64,000 nucleotides of DNA from an uncultured Clostridia bacterium (GTDB lineage: Bacteria; Bacillota; Clostridia; Christensenellales; DTU072). The stretch lies in assembly GCA_944362765.1 (NCBI GenBank), contig CALVTP010000002.1, forward strand, positions 52,550-116,549. Direction: 5' to 3'. Made by a program: the position numbers and the translations under genes. Shown in pieces: positions 58,001 through 63,139 of this stretch. The notes beneath the pieces are model-generated. The model saw nothing but the letters and a program-made list of their open reading frames with translations. It had not been told where the DNA came from and did no database searches. How positions within the stretch are numbered: the stretch's first letter is position 1; every line of letters begins with the position of its first letter.

Positions 58001-61000
58001 ACGTCTACAACGTAAGCTGGAGTTCCGTTACGAACTATTCTATAGGTGGCGGCACCGTTACGGCGTCGGCAAGGATTGCGGCAAACAAGTTCTTCAACAG
58101 CGATTACGCCACAGACTCCGTGAAGTATGAAGTCATAGGCGAAAAGATCGTCGATTACAAAATCAATTCCGACGTCACCATAGACCCGTACGCCAACGGC
58201 GGCGACATCAATAAGACGCTGACGGCGGCGATTCTGAACGGCGCCACGACGATTATCGTAACGACCGCAAGGGATGACGGCACTTCGGGAGAAAGAGAGC
58301 TGAATATCACTTATCCGAAGATTGAACTCGACAAGAACGCGAACGGCGGTATTTTGGGCGGAGTCATCGAAACGACCGCCAATATCGGCGTGACCGTGAC
58401 TCCGTATTCCGGCAAGCCCATAAACATAAACGTCAGGCAGTCCGTTCCGATCCGTGTAACGATTGAAGAGCGCATCGCCGTCGGTATCAGGACATGGCAT
58501 GCGGAAGACTTTGCGTCGCTGACGGTTTCCATCTACGACAAGCTCGACTTCGGAACGCTCACCAACATGAACGTCATGAAGATAGGCGGCAACATAACCG
58601 ACGACATTTCGGGCATCGGATACTTCTCCTCGATGGAAGAAATCACGATAGCCGAGTTCATGACGGGTGAGGAGTATGCCGAGGAGTACAAGGCGATCAG
58701 AACGTATGAGCTCCGCGAGGGAGTCGGGAACAGACAAATCCGGCGCATATTCGTCGACGGTTCCGACGTCTATGTACTCTACCGCGGCGAAGCGTTCGGA
58801 AGCGCCGGCTCCGGTTCCTACAACGGAATCACTCTTGCATGGGAGACCGTTACGGAAGACGTTACCATCCTCTTCAACAACGGCGTTGAAAGGACGGTCG
58901 AAGCACTCGGAGTGGGAATCGAATATGAAGACTCCGTCATCAACTACAACTTCACCGGCGGCGTCTACAATGTACCCGTGACGATAAAGGGAACGCACGA
59001 GCAAACCTTCCTTATCCCCGTCACCGTCAGGTCGGCAAACGTCGAAAAGATAGGCTTGACGCCCGATTTCACCGACGTCCTCGGTATAGTCGGAGTCAAC
59101 GAAGGCGACGGTACGATAAGCGGACTGACCATCGACCCGTATGTCGGCTTCACGGACGACCTTGGCGACGAGAAGCTGCCGACGAAGGTGCTTGCCTACC
59201 TCACCGGCTACGCCAACCCGATAGAGCTTTCGGTGTATTGGGATTACACAAGGATCCTTGCCGAGATGACGGTAAACGGCGGCTCGTTTACTAAGGATAA
59301 CGACAAGGCGGCGTTGGCGTTCGTCTATGTCGAGGGCGAGGACGGTGCGAGAGAGGCGGTACAGTCCGTCGAAATCGACGTCACCGTATTGAAGAGAGCC
59401 TATGCCGAACTCTTCTACGGAAAAGGAGCGTCCTCGGTTCCGACCGGCGTGCTGACCGATACCGCGCCCGACGAAAATAATTACACCTCCGAGAGCGATT
59501 ATACGTCCGGCATGACCATAACGCCGTACGTCGATATCTATAACACCGATTTCGGCTCCGAGGAGTTCAGCTTCTTCAAGAGCGTGGCGCTCAGGATAGA
59601 AACCGACGAAGGTCATAAGTACATCTACTTCAACCTCTCCGAGGACGACTACAACATCACCGACAGAAATACCGGGCGCCCCGTCAACACCGAAAACCTC
59701 TACACCGGAAGAAGGATAGCGGTAAGATTCGGTTACGGTGCCACTTCGCCGACAGCGGCAGAGGACGCGAACAGCATCGCAACGCTCTATGTCAATATTC
59801 CCGACATGAGCTATGATTCCGGCTTGACGGAACGCTACTCCATAGACGTCTACGGCTTCGAAACGGGTGCGCTTACCTCCTACGAGGAAGTCACCCAAGG
59901 AGTCAACGAAAAAGTTACGGTCACAGGCGCGGAAGGCAATTTCGAGACTTTCGTCACTTACGACTTCACCCGCGCGCTGATCGATAACGCTTCGGGCGAC
60001 GAGATAGATTACAGTGGCGGTACCGCTTTGGTGACTGCGACTATCGGAGACGAGATGTTCGGCTTCCAGAGGGTCACCATCACCTTGAACTACTTAGACA
60101 GGACGGTCACAGAGCTCTTTGAGGCGGATGGAGTTTACAGCTACGCTTCGTACGCGGACGGCAGGACGGGACTCCACTTCGAATTCGATCCCTTCCTCGA
60201 TTATGTGCCCGAGAATATATTCCCCGACGGCACGAATGCCGACGGCACGAATGAGGAAGTCGTATTCGCAAGCGGCAACGAAAATGGTTCCTTTAGAAGC
60301 TATTGGGCTCCCGAAACCGAGGAAGGCGCCGAAGCGCCCGCGCCAGGCGTTGAGGAAGGTAACCTGATGGTTATCTGGGACGACTCCAGAGTGGCGCTGA
60401 CCTACTCCGGTTCCGACGCTGCTTATGTCACCGCTACGATCTCCGCCCGAGACGGCTCCTATCCGCAGACGACCACCTTCGGCTTCACCGTTTACGACAG
60501 AACGGTGACCGGGTTCAGCAACCTGCTGCAGGACGGCATAGAAGACGCACAAGGCAACATAACCCCCTTGAAACCGTACGACTATCTGTATGCGGAAGAT
60601 TTAAGCTCGGCAATCGCAGGCGATTATCTCAAAGGAGCAGAGGAAGGGTTTACGGTAGAGTTCGGTAACATCGAAAGGGAACCCGAAAGCTTCAGCCTAA
60701 CCTTTACAATCGGTGCGGCGGCAAGGAACTTCTCGGTAACGGATGACTACGAGGACCGCTACACCGAAGGCACCATGACCGGGCATGACAGGCTTTCGGC
60801 TATGCTTGAAGCAAGTGGCGAAGACGACATGCCGATGCGCTTCGTATTGGATGAAGCAAGAGGTATAAGCTATCGCGGTAAGGACGCAAGGTTCTATATC
60901 GCCATTCCGGGCTTTGCCCTCGGCGAGGACGGCGAACAGGCTGCAAGACAGGATCTTCCCGTAGCCGAACAGTACATCATCGGCGTGCAATTTGCCGTTG

Positions 61001-62940
61001 TGGAAGATGACGCGGAGCCCGTCGGCGATACTACCTACGTCGATTACCTCACATGGCTTGAGGGACGCGGAGAGGTAACTCAGGCAACGGGAGAACGCAT
61101 GATCGACAGGGTAGAACCCGGTAAGGACAACAACTACTACAACGATATGTATCACGTATATAATCCCTACTTCTTTATCGAGAGGGGCGGCGTGATATTG
61201 CCTGCGTTCGGCAGAATCTATGTCGGCACCATCCAACAGTCCGCTTATGAAGAATACCTTAGTAGTAATCCGACCGGCGACGTCATGAATTACGAGACAT
61301 GGCGTTACGATATCGGAAGAGTTGATCTCGAGCAATACGATATCGAGATGAACTGGACGAATATCGTCAACGGCAGAAAGCGGATAAGCGTCTACGACGA
61401 CACAACGTCTGCTTCCTTCCAGATAGACCTCGATTCGCAATCCTACGCAATGCGCTTCAGGATAGAAGAAGGATGGGTACTGGACAACAACCTCATCATC
61501 CGTGAATTAAACAAGCAATACGGAAAGGACGAAGTCATTCTGCTTTCCAATGCTTCGGCACAGCAGAAACCCTCCCAGAATTCCGATCCCACCGTACAAT
61601 GGGTAGAGATCACGGGAGAACCGCTCAGCGGAGTGACAATTTACGATACTTACACCATCCATTTCGGTTCGGGCAAGGAGTACACTTTCAACGGTATCAC
61701 GGGCGGAGGTGCGTACTTCAACGATTATATGAAGTGGAACTTCGACGCCGTCAATTGGAATGTAAGGTCCACCCAGTCTGCTACGCTGACCCTTGGCGGC
61801 AACGGCGGACAACAGGTGAGGTGGGAGTTCGGGGTCAATCCGAATAAGGTAGTCGTCAACACCGATATGCCGACAATGCTTTCGATACGGAGAGGACAAA
61901 ACGCTTCCCTCAAGGATACCTTCCGGCAATACTTTGCGGGCGCCGGCTTCGGCAGCGTCATTCCCGTCGAGTATTCGTACACCACGGTCGGCAGCAGCAA
62001 TGATAGAAATTACGTCTATAGCTTCTACGCTGCCAATTCCAACGCCGAGGTAGGGTTTGAAGCATATCTCAATACGACGGACAACGGTACCGCTCTGACT
62101 GTATCCACTCAGCATATTACTCCCGGGTATCGTTACGATAACTCCGAATATGTGCAGCACATAGAGGATAATGCGGAGAAAGAAAAAGCGTTGAAGGAAC
62201 GTTGGGATACTCCGTACTACCCGGGCTATATCGTATGGAGCGCTACCTCCAGCCGAGCCTATCCGAAGACTTCGGTGGGAGGAAGAATAGTTGTCTGCGT
62301 CTACGACGATCCGAGGACGGAGGCTCTGCCCGGCGAAGACAACACCAGCGGAAAGGACGATAACCTTACCTCGGAAGGACTGGTGCTCCATAATCCGGAT
62401 GCCTCCTACGCCATCAGCGAATTAAAACCGATGCTGACGAACTTTGTATATCCCGCCGGGATGCCGGCTGCCCTCGACGTTTCGGTTAAGTACAGCGAAA
62501 CCGAACAAATGAAGATATACGAGATTCCGAAGACCGATTACATTATCACTTACAGCGGAGGTAATTGGAGCCAGCAAAGGATCCCCGTCATCAGCGTCAA
62601 ACAGAACAGCGTGTTCGACATGAGGGGATTACCGATTATGACGGTGAAGCGCGAGAGGAACTGGGTTCGCTCCAACGGTGGCTTCTTCGGTAAAGGAGAA
62701 GTCCTTAAGGGCGTCAGTTACGACCTCAGCTACCTCATTCCGTGGCAGGATGCGACAGTCTACTACACGACCGATAAGTTCAACCAGTTTGCTTCGTATA
62801 CAGCGTTGGAAGGCGGTATCGCCGCGATCGATACCTCGGCCGCAACCAATTGCAGGTATCGCATACAGACAACGATCGACTTCGGAAGCCAGAAGGTTCC
62901 CGTCACCGTCTATCTCGACATCACCCCCAATAATGATTGA
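34039..62940 (+). CDS. Giant acidic predicted lipoprotein (~9,633 aa). The N-terminal ~5,600 aa consist of unclassified degenerate modules. These are followed by a CarboxypepD_reg-like domain and about 4,000 aa of Ig-like (Big_4-like) repeats.
   Basis: Single uninterrupted ORF 33985-62940. ATG at 34039 preceded by GGAGAAG. MKHKIFIRLLIIVLSLAVVAGIVAC|SPRDEA is a signal peptide plus lipobox. Own promoter and strong terminator. No LPXTG or SLH motif seen at the C-terminus. Confidence 0.9.
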   Translation: MKHKIFIRLLIIVLSLAVVAGIVACSPRDEALTDPEIVPGTEVDIVDQVVTSEQITSDESRELVDEAMNNYREIHAAPSDPEWYVIDMLLTYDYDYFWLDENEKMDKTSSFEFEFKANMNLKDNNESQVFIQLRNSGGTPIFGLYYVENYAYFVIGSNRYYAREINFGQLGMLIYEGLGSLAESSGINLDIFGILAGLPTGSTGIALIDGILPLVSGIFFNTKDITLNSSDIDEDGNFNTQTISTSLLLNNLLTLLQNEDGLGIEGLVGIPPIWFGGIWDLAGIDLDPVLNQFLGFTLAELAVKQWQPMDARYNVITERQLVTRVDADGFEESSYEYVATGWGLTIDTLLNSLGENDNKAGGMSSVRSKWGNTEPSQFVATEELPFVEEYTVDIYFSPMMYASNEPIGINFANLDANEDGRGSVYSSGGLGNLGLEATLSIEADNGTVTLNDILGDFLDVDLGALGEMPIQFTGFTPGNDFYDLGISLNLGLDFFEGMNTNVEATISYNSNPLIRVYLDDNVLYLNFDGLKLADGTAAGKEILPKIKIPNFNINALLDGLFLDMIKPFLDPDAVPVAGILGGGSASGASNAQNAEGDTGTSIDVMALIGTILDNFEFPGRGEYVEDRDGNLVLDENGQPIPNNFDIYMNLDSAELGDLLASFGLPVNPGGQLGSGLGVQLYFNQYDPINTFSLSVNVTEDIGLGLTIDRLSYLREPDWQNDDMVQGHTDEYINLGLTGPSTDGVWSPDDLLEGLVGIIDPYFELELGGEVELGLGDTTGGADENGYHGLDLSALIGTFVENLMLFVGVNLDGNDSIKGTIGYSIHGLIDLMHLDELEVSVDLYLNEEENYIARIFYVGDVDTLYLDLSSLAETLGIELNENGGLLSSLPMLKIPGLGLSDMLSSISLVDILAGILTSNSPSNAQNAEGEGAKEYAPLFGLNIDISDGNFGFTGLYEAILAMGYIALFPEDAEMNPWNAAYYKIASAVQNVEGDGTESGGGIDILALIGGALDSVELDKTMGTLTVVVASQVLTTVVGSLLEGFPSGGTLPEVEAYVRLHLDNLDFENIDDSILTIYLALLAPGADDEAVRAISLKIDPIKSLSLYKAVNTNGIMQEEGILDADFTDIQEFLDDLKVGINIGGGLSLDSDKPLDSDEPIYYENDYLNGLLSGLLSGLGLRFDVSKLDIDLGLQIVGTLSLGGLLKLDGSAGSDPIQTLLSGSEAMIRLYDENNEDQIILALYLYNGNLYLDLSYFGIPKIGITDVQKLITDITELTASPTPPLPDNSESLSNDSEWNLLNIDNTEKYANLANPLAVALQAVIGTEAVTVNVAKDAIAALLGMLLNTELPIEIQDTDLSINYGGGNIGLEVNTGVDCFNLGVELGDVKLAVGTSADEDIWEEFAFTPPVEGSFNMSGGGLPTNISFGLKAEIGVHAEDATIDLTPALSGLLGDISMEVLIEALGLVDESLTLSIDGILNLEELINIATNGFNFANIRETEVALTITTGEDKPVLEVYFVGGDLYLNIETGIISLDHVKIENAGEFIGELISDITNGGEAGDVSNAPMLTEGEVTADEVVYTYITLVLADGGLSLTLAKDFLMGLFATLGVDLGSYLDSFGFEVSLEAGLSPLEVNLGISLWEESDSSAGEGGENGSGKGEITLEASIFGLTLGVDTPAMAVPDLNEYSVIQKLDTIGVTLTGQITGEISAEGQTGNEETGFGEGYYHAFIEVFDEISKVLDQSAAKDKMVWVSQKMLTEEWQNYRKENGLTPDQLQKHLSELYDEEVAPMSYETLLDVALILEVLDSYIEDNKATFGGTIYYRIEAILDITDIMNLKLALFLNDRDDPNLNGNIMSVSVMGVLDEETGEYDINLFADLTNLLSDGLVIKDKIRISDFDEFSAYMASFAEQFTGKNASAAPVATESQNNGLELPKNAEGEIADSVMTGAAFVLAITEHAAENGIPNGAPISVVAPSAAIYSLIGSLLDSALAVDYEMPIDVEKEQERIANFLGNKYYDDEELYYLLRGALATLAAELNALGDYSDITELIDELEGLLHEEFTDKDDVFIDDEQLQGYISNEAGTDEGRIVRLLRAAGLTVGETVTDVWAVYEEAKKYTSSQNKLTDETEIKTATVLLWAGIREEIASEYYDMVEAGEMLERDWQYLVNGMIGKLDGTSFDDLEGNPTYIDPSDYPSIDISKFFGQYMPSGLIQIGAAEVPDAEGDGTHGAFFLLNLSISEVLKLQAEIEGITVELSPEDDPYFVGVTDEETGEVTGGLLNDDYYYLDPSAMDAHSIILRLSTTIAFDAKDTSPGDEDGQGKTAIDLTEVVGAIFSEVLGADLNNVGAIIENAGYDAKEVGLDLAVRLGLGDIMGLLAGEEIYGLLVNADLSLELSFKSLDAASDDVAKITFYYTDGTAYIDGSVIGVEKISVHYALGRLLEMFGIDISDYYDDGYVPGPGISGDISGQSNAEAPKNAAGADGTIASSPSNAEGDGEITGGDLLPYLHLMLGNESGIVLDFLGPLIFGVLKGVQVEIGGKELSGLLERAVNGNLRLQLGIMAKLGLLEDIYAKYPEAGETIDKSVLALALNIGNYTLGLGIDELAIDLDNTGSSTSILPESFNAQEYATTDNLQTVYVKFELGFDISGDANSQFGLDETLSALLTQLGGESTDPNDIMNTIKGMGLAPVISLLSELSDSFILEFEGNINLAEIIDYNTFYKSKFSVVLRDANRWAEYDGVRKHKEVFSGHYIGGDEFSSENPGGTLYLNFECFNIQPVRIDNFYKFFVGLLESYGINLGGGEEGEEGTETTTTEPQNSGFAGYISKDGFDPFASLRNMPEGSSELATYLNILLCPDGFFLGVGTAVVFAILRAIGGEAMDFSSYVDPIGEIGVEVGLLGPEKLLGLGLNFNAYEYLGDDRVVDEDGNYVLSDNSINLELSFSSDIALSFVYQFQYHEGMDWEPNEDGIVDLEMSAPEHAYMQDGTTQDYTVFDTTNPVIGVETKIYLDIAAGKVTGTGTTGAITDETLHGYELFREPLLSLLAGVLDVSLSVLLEVMEDQEFSLEIELLANLPLRNLRTLSAQLTIRRVDHNHNYIIARANLYSSDLYLDLSNLNGPRFMIEEVVETILGEKEFDLGALGDLFGSGGTETTTPSNAEGDTGYIDGPSTPIDLYFGMFFEELNSYGLALALTESTATSLLGALNMGSFDIFPDLLIQVFMAPNKNTFRLGVDIEASANYTDPADNSEHTSTVLDLGLGLDGLGIQFEGYAADELLIPPSTDYTRAHDINTIMLDASFQIGFNAEEGGIKLSNLFMTLFAPDGDIANIEGVKDSIAGFLFDKDNPLLSELPQFLMLGDFGDTLTIDVTGYVYIAAGLQGLLDRLQLKVVISTNAPQFSKENGKYLLALYYHDSDLYADFSNFGMGKVMAPDLPNVIEFIITGESADEREENPSNAEALFIEQYPTWAEAMGLNNSGGTSKIQGIAKILLGNDDGLMLTVTVEMLAALMSMLNVDIDLGSYVKDVINPSASVGMTPDSEYQIGIYLDSATHEWNTYDPETGEPVEDENGNPVTKPNNAGVALSIGILGQSIKADVKNVRTAVSEELGEASTLAPVISIEDRKAYTYFAQIALTTGTNIRLTIDLQDGNLDISELLKIVFGMLGLEPPDDIDTSIDFTGGDESLICEISVDIGVDLNRLLYAEDAAEIAKALTVDLVIGYTVMDNTGDAPVEYMSQDLIRISLLEDVVYAGVELFDSKLFVSLHELDLNNTIRRIMEKVFVVPELDDDTQIGGGNASENAEAASAPSNAPVSGTNPIIDMYLDQIETVGDFMQPLVYLNSQGFALMVTNGLLIEVIKALREIINEAVGSTEDDVLTDDNIEAIVDELLDYMSLGVYFDEDKEGNLSIDVGISKESVEEDVGNGGTSESVGYDITLSLLPDSHLVISTDSYNEYMNELASSESFTELKENALDIYVSDADATNWEVSVGVDLTLSADLKAYILDWSSLFDNEVDQDGNYGASFFIQALNDMEGDVTLRLKADVLLRQLGLWSVDLILQLVTLDEDGNVIAEHLGLYIPGAVAATTDAAPGYDYNGQLKMYLSLGNDINIEIDGAAFESFLGLNLTTVIDQLAEVLGDTAGNLSGTLDGLLGQIGDMLESLVDMVGDDETTEESGEASFVEGEGGTTDPTEPGADGEEELDSAWYLGILSSLEFAKATIGVVLARSVLQALLNNVLEFPFKEQLGEIAVRLDNYKNSLALSIGLDYQEDIDLSETEWEDLQDFAIAEPGREEVADAVTDVNRDMVSYGVSGTLLGFSEDGIIPVYDAGYVTDTALAVELGLAGVTALDRGAKVYHAIYARYDNDGLYDTIVDYYRNMEGSSDDFIVEVSGTDGYAQFRSDEIRLGIIVTNHSEQVTASDYDTTETKDVTVYYTVVSFMYGEAYKEFKYNELLSGTHYGGTENLVGRTEMDGSVVYSGEYAEKMFEMAEYGSLVTEAREYDEHFLETTEGSDYPVFTAYENEEDEVGIPITLDPAISYVSNRDVTGSVTGSSDRLENIGVKRVFYFIYDPAELFGEAFGEVFTDVAVYGKRAIDVLEALYGMFESSDTPYVETIYGKDSADPLEKRYALRNSSAQFSVDIKIVGVFDESGAPVGYRVVLAASSDQSMFNFGLKISDLDIGLGAGNIFTDTEINGKFFESGRDALVHFNDNYHPLEEYAWEFSLDSELTLDDTVGGIFDMTNLIGTIFGLIGGENEILAALEDLRLAIQPVDDLAMKIGFHIAAYINFARVEDTRFQLGISFNGKTMINLTYIGGYVDAHGDPISISAGEMIPDGAVESGTLYADLSGMGLVAVKLGGIPLGSILRKLIEGINLDGVINISGEESGEEEAVSTPENLSSALETLVSGPQNAGARPENRVELEDFGWNDKLLLITLGKEETSLAITGALLYSLIYNLGISSLFGDMMGDTVIELPMFRNLQIGYSEEDGMKGLFIRLTDEADYEHAFRIGYNFTDDTSMKFETGLNSSITANEYNPDAAEGEEGSDITTSVQYDDISVLSKIGLSLALEARIRTKNTEKAPQLIAVETLLQEILGMSADTINIDPQDSVVVLTVELDAYVDLANLVDTTLILRITFQGEDLIAVYLSEGKVYADLSGVGLFGAKINGVDLMGILTTFLADFAGSGGVDLGGMIDGVLDSLTGSDEASGNTYAASAPSNAAAQNAPVTDLISSTSSPMLKILLTNNELILNPNMAIITSLLGDTLTAQYGPDAALPNISDIRLTLNLYEGLTNLNLRVKLDQKGNYVNLAIPAGSLSIGIGSHATEIFTPSTDNLGGVVGLSVGLNSSGGIAANIDAMALAQSLLDTINLVDFTIYIEKRNDYFFLRNLSYGGTNGTLDTTSIGTSWSTGPTYFSPKLEEIITKGEGYSEENKNPYDAAFVDVGGAISLDFLGDIIPDAVQSWVENALKNVLKGYRPIFFNNAYRRISLKISKNMTNGLDIPISQLTQVANAQTIEDSSNFEPQMVTAFLKNNVLHLSLYNLLVIDISGLLETVLGWIVGAIADALKGTIVGGIAGAAIDLIWGIFDEAAADWLAGIIGDLTGYGNPLRIGQILDDALGNGNGGIPIVNMYLPELLGGETSTPSYASVHGTISDAETGKVLEGATVTLTDESGAAKYSTETDSSGDYMFVNIVAGTYYVRIEKAGYTTKPETSALINNYAVTANANTIAEANFSLSPYGAKEFPAGTVEIKFTVADEGTYKVQIEVDGKYDEANEPMEVTLSAGGNYTFLVNMPLVTNDRHNVRLMKKADDGSYSVYGTPEQLNLTNKWDWANSRPLYDVDENGVSTGKVHFDLAFAESAPSQAEELVSYAEEPATSGTITFDLKTLSSVTVLEGTATAVFDEYADAPQNASASFPVGAVSVHPIYNSDFDKELEENGGKIVFSGTGAENSYIVTYDYSDKASAYSAYSAFKEKLEGSIEFDNKTYTYSVTEKIDRKYFAAVGYDTDASVEARLFTEQEVVGKPVYRIVLAIAKAVEIPVNGDVEVWLEVDLDGDGRTEHTVRVNESATNAVFGDMVPLTNPGESDKLALATYKQKVLYYQNNARDYLLYDGTDNEIQDNTLSGGTVTLTNLPFYSNGQGVYKVKIRSTVYENVDFENTVTLNANNGKAELGEMIIKPRVAPDWITERQNSPAASMLQGIRIRLGADVFDASGDTDPDYTDAGYTPDGIPMTNYDYMTTLGDSVVNAAIGSVAGQVTGAISSWLGGLVGGTGGSILQWLASQGLGALTGMIPSADNDDQYLDANGKPIFAPWTNYITGFEGGRTDRSDSVFYIEAWVSSTLINDVFSMVNNLLLGYCGYGEITMEKRYSAADLCDIIEGEGDNAEILKVTGTFNEATDHQIYDYVFENEADYINTNYAAGGRLAGSVVSFALNWALPALLGLNMNANTQETALGLIQAVAYSIDFLIDVLDQATRLLSHLLPFTMPYSMILEKELPGSPLQQEEVYSTMWDDSKAWYQYLTNVNETGSGLLEGNWSSWVPHLEGQVYNSEGERGTSPDTVTVPSGTSTAEIKIGKVVGQRSTNVKELIANEGILDQGDKVIGYNYLDTSAQYGAEAEYNYNAGYGISDGEGNSLSTMLSGGDDIIDYKNLTISSAPEIDDDGNLLKGVLRELDFVDKSVYAKITLNNNVDTLLDRITAFINGASYTGAEMGAMFTTDNYMTAATELRADTILYNPSTGEPLNEKYAAVEDMIMEWIASNITNSYVIITDYEYFTDEQGVTTRKLIGKTYVRDVYGHFDDEDFLYGDISWILANDPEVEDDGKLSEAARYSYVSRYKLDDNGQPIKDLKDEAYAGVNQDETGVASYAKAVDMFSAKDDRFMELDISNNGIRLRSVQNFSSTYYSVPNGTIGMSNTPMSPPTEIIFHDPYNSLDFTAVGGTWAGETGTRRNFNGTGYTVQSLTDIFPNRADINFADGNSTDSEGVYIYWDTSMIEFVPSTDGEVRGYIYGYIANYEMVAVPVRVQEAVMLTSDDFKDVMPEIDPMNFNEEEYIKLLPETWIETFNLVYESYSDTGVTYHDYQRTYMFNNLSWDIDESTIGMSGTPATAYLTYSFSAAKPLDGALAEGASAAEVTIPVYIKVRDLNIVTIEKLTAKEYMNLTLKDGALAIRLAENALAETEFDAEYAANHGTELSTDAATVLGYASRYTALVGYTGSFDTVTVYDANNEDAVYIVYTGVNYTEVEAYAGNYPAISPSVNDGSVFKAYGYLNEHEFVKGTPDEDGVIPDGTLIKDENGETGETVETVIVINPFEVTDLYEDFAGLKWLYAEIEGSHLNAEGESEYEYWRVDSVNAEALRNVDITALEHDDYVVTLTISDSLGNTTDVDIIVRIRPRTIVTNLDDEIEREALTPFGDNSNAVTTKMAYDNGVLVLAFYRAKADIDEELSFSVATSHPSTSTAGWPTAEIREFGIFDAYQGRMTDIASYYDEGTSEGNDEALYVVIRGVDSGSVTDYYERLNAAGMMGFITENNLAEECFAAEGRINEFNLPSTLTVDYGDPVTGEAYLTDVELTEGVDFVWVADDPAKLRYDYDASGTWTYTWTARVGLGENTQDLPLDFTINTRIPTGALNVTVHPYSEYTEGGEIKNGAELGNVSEIRFRTGNNDTTLNLDAPVYYIIPDSWKEDVTYDTVEIDGTTYMTNVEFLNPVFNGSFYYMTVLVYDEMFGYIAFENVRVTLLKSTIDVLNVNWDEFDPFTTYEATAKLNDILLGGNKDNITAFIYEAENISIKYGAFDILGWTYADGDNFKPEYSFAGDDVPEIIVTIGNPAEDGIEKGSIWSQNVPLNIPEAMFKPARIIGLTEQKGNGYEITVDDSGKINFKINDPYGFTMPREFEVKYDEIGETATLGRTGFTIADKFFTKQESEGSITFGSGNNMQTVKVTFVNGLVRGNVAEVKYFADALDASVEVTDDTKDFFTGFEPYAFDTYKLPLYARVRWEGKTEYDENVYNVSWSSVTNYSIGGGTVTASARIAANKFFNSDYATDSVKYEVIGEKIVDYKINSDVTIDPYANGGDINKTLTAAILNGATTIIVTTARDDGTSGERELNITYPKIELDKNANGGILGGVIETTANIGVTVTPYSGKPININVRQSVPIRVTIEERIAVGIRTWHAEDFASLTVSIYDKLDFGTLTNMNVMKIGGNITDDISGIGYFSSMEEITIAEFMTGEEYAEEYKAIRTYELREGVGNRQIRRIFVDGSDVYVLYRGEAFGSAGSGSYNGITLAWETVTEDVTILFNNGVERTVEALGVGIEYEDSVINYNFTGGVYNVPVTIKGTHEQTFLIPVTVRSANVEKIGLTPDFTDVLGIVGVNEGDGTISGLTIDPYVGFTDDLGDEKLPTKVLAYLTGYANPIELSVYWDYTRILAEMTVNGGSFTKDNDKAALAFVYVEGEDGAREAVQSVEIDVTVLKRAYAELFYGKGASSVPTGVLTDTAPDENNYTSESDYTSGMTITPYVDIYNTDFGSEEFSFFKSVALRIETDEGHKYIYFNLSEDDYNITDRNTGRPVNTENLYTGRRIAVRFGYGATSPTAAEDANSIATLYVNIPDMSYDSGLTERYSIDVYGFETGALTSYEEVTQGVNEKVTVTGAEGNFETFVTYDFTRALIDNASGDEIDYSGGTALVTATIGDEMFGFQRVTITLNYLDRTVTELFEADGVYSYASYADGRTGLHFEFDPFLDYVPENIFPDGTNADGTNEEVVFASGNENGSFRSYWAPETEEGAEAPAPGVEEGNLMVIWDDSRVALTYSGSDAAYVTATISARDGSYPQTTTFGFTVYDRTVTGFSNLLQDGIEDAQGNITPLKPYDYLYAEDLSSAIAGDYLKGAEEGFTVEFGNIEREPESFSLTFTIGAAARNFSVTDDYEDRYTEGTMTGHDRLSAMLEASGEDDMPMRFVLDEARGISYRGKDARFYIAIPGFALGEDGEQAARQDLPVAEQYIIGVQFAVVEDDAEPVGDTTYVDYLTWLEGRGEVTQATGERMIDRVEPGKDNNYYNDMYHVYNPYFFIERGGVILPAFGRIYVGTIQQSAYEEYLSSNPTGDVMNYETWRYDIGRVDLEQYDIEMNWTNIVNGRKRISVYDDTTSASFQIDLDSQSYAMRFRIEEGWVLDNNLIIRELNKQYGKDEVILLSNASAQQKPSQNSDPTVQWVEITGEPLSGVTIYDTYTIHFGSGKEYTFNGITGGGAYFNDYMKWNFDAVNWNVRSTQSATLTLGGNGGQQVRWEFGVNPNKVVVNTDMPTMLSIRRGQNASLKDTFRQYFAGAGFGSVIPVEYSYTTVGSSNDRNYVYSFYAANSNAEVGFEAYLNTTDNGTALTVSTQHITPGYRYDNSEYVQHIEDNAEKEKALKERWDTPYYPGYIVWSATSSRAYPKTSVGGRIVVCVYDDPRTEALPGEDNTSGKDDNLTSEGLVLHNPDASYAISELKPMLTNFVYPAGMPAALDVSVKYSETEQMKIYEIPKTDYIITYSGGNWSQQRIPVISVKQNSVFDMRGLPIMTVKRERNWVRSNGGFFGKGEVLKGVSYDLSYLIPWQDATVYYTTDKFNQFASYTALEGGIAAIDTSAATNCRYRIQTTIDFGSQKVPVTVYLDITPNND
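50935..51129 (+). other. Carboxypeptidase-regulatory-like (CarboxypepD_reg) beta-sandwich domain inside the giant lipoprotein
   Basis: SVHGTISDAETGKVLEGATVTLTDESGAAKYSTETDSSGDYMFVNIVAGTYYVRIEKAGYTTKPE matches the G.V.D..tg.Pl.gA.V.l......t.Td..G.y.f..l..G.Y.l.v...Gy pattern. Confidence 0.65.
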
Positions 62941-62980
62941 GGCGGACAGACGGACTCCGGATAAGTAATACCTCATCTGA

Positions 62981-63018
62981 GCCGGGCGCAAAACTGCGCC
63001 CGGCATTATTTTTATTTT
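62981..63018 (+). terminator. Rho-independent terminator of the giant gene
   Basis: GCCGGGCGCA-AAAC-TGCGCCCGGC (10-bp GC-rich stem) followed by ATTATTTTTATTTT. Confidence 0.85.
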
Positions 63019-63139
63019 GCGGCGCCAACGGAACCGCCGCTTACCCGACCTTCGGCTCAAAAAATGCCGGCGGGCTATTTTAAGCTAAAAGTTTAGTAAA
63101 AGTAAACAAATTTAAGTTTAATAATTTTAATCAAATTGT

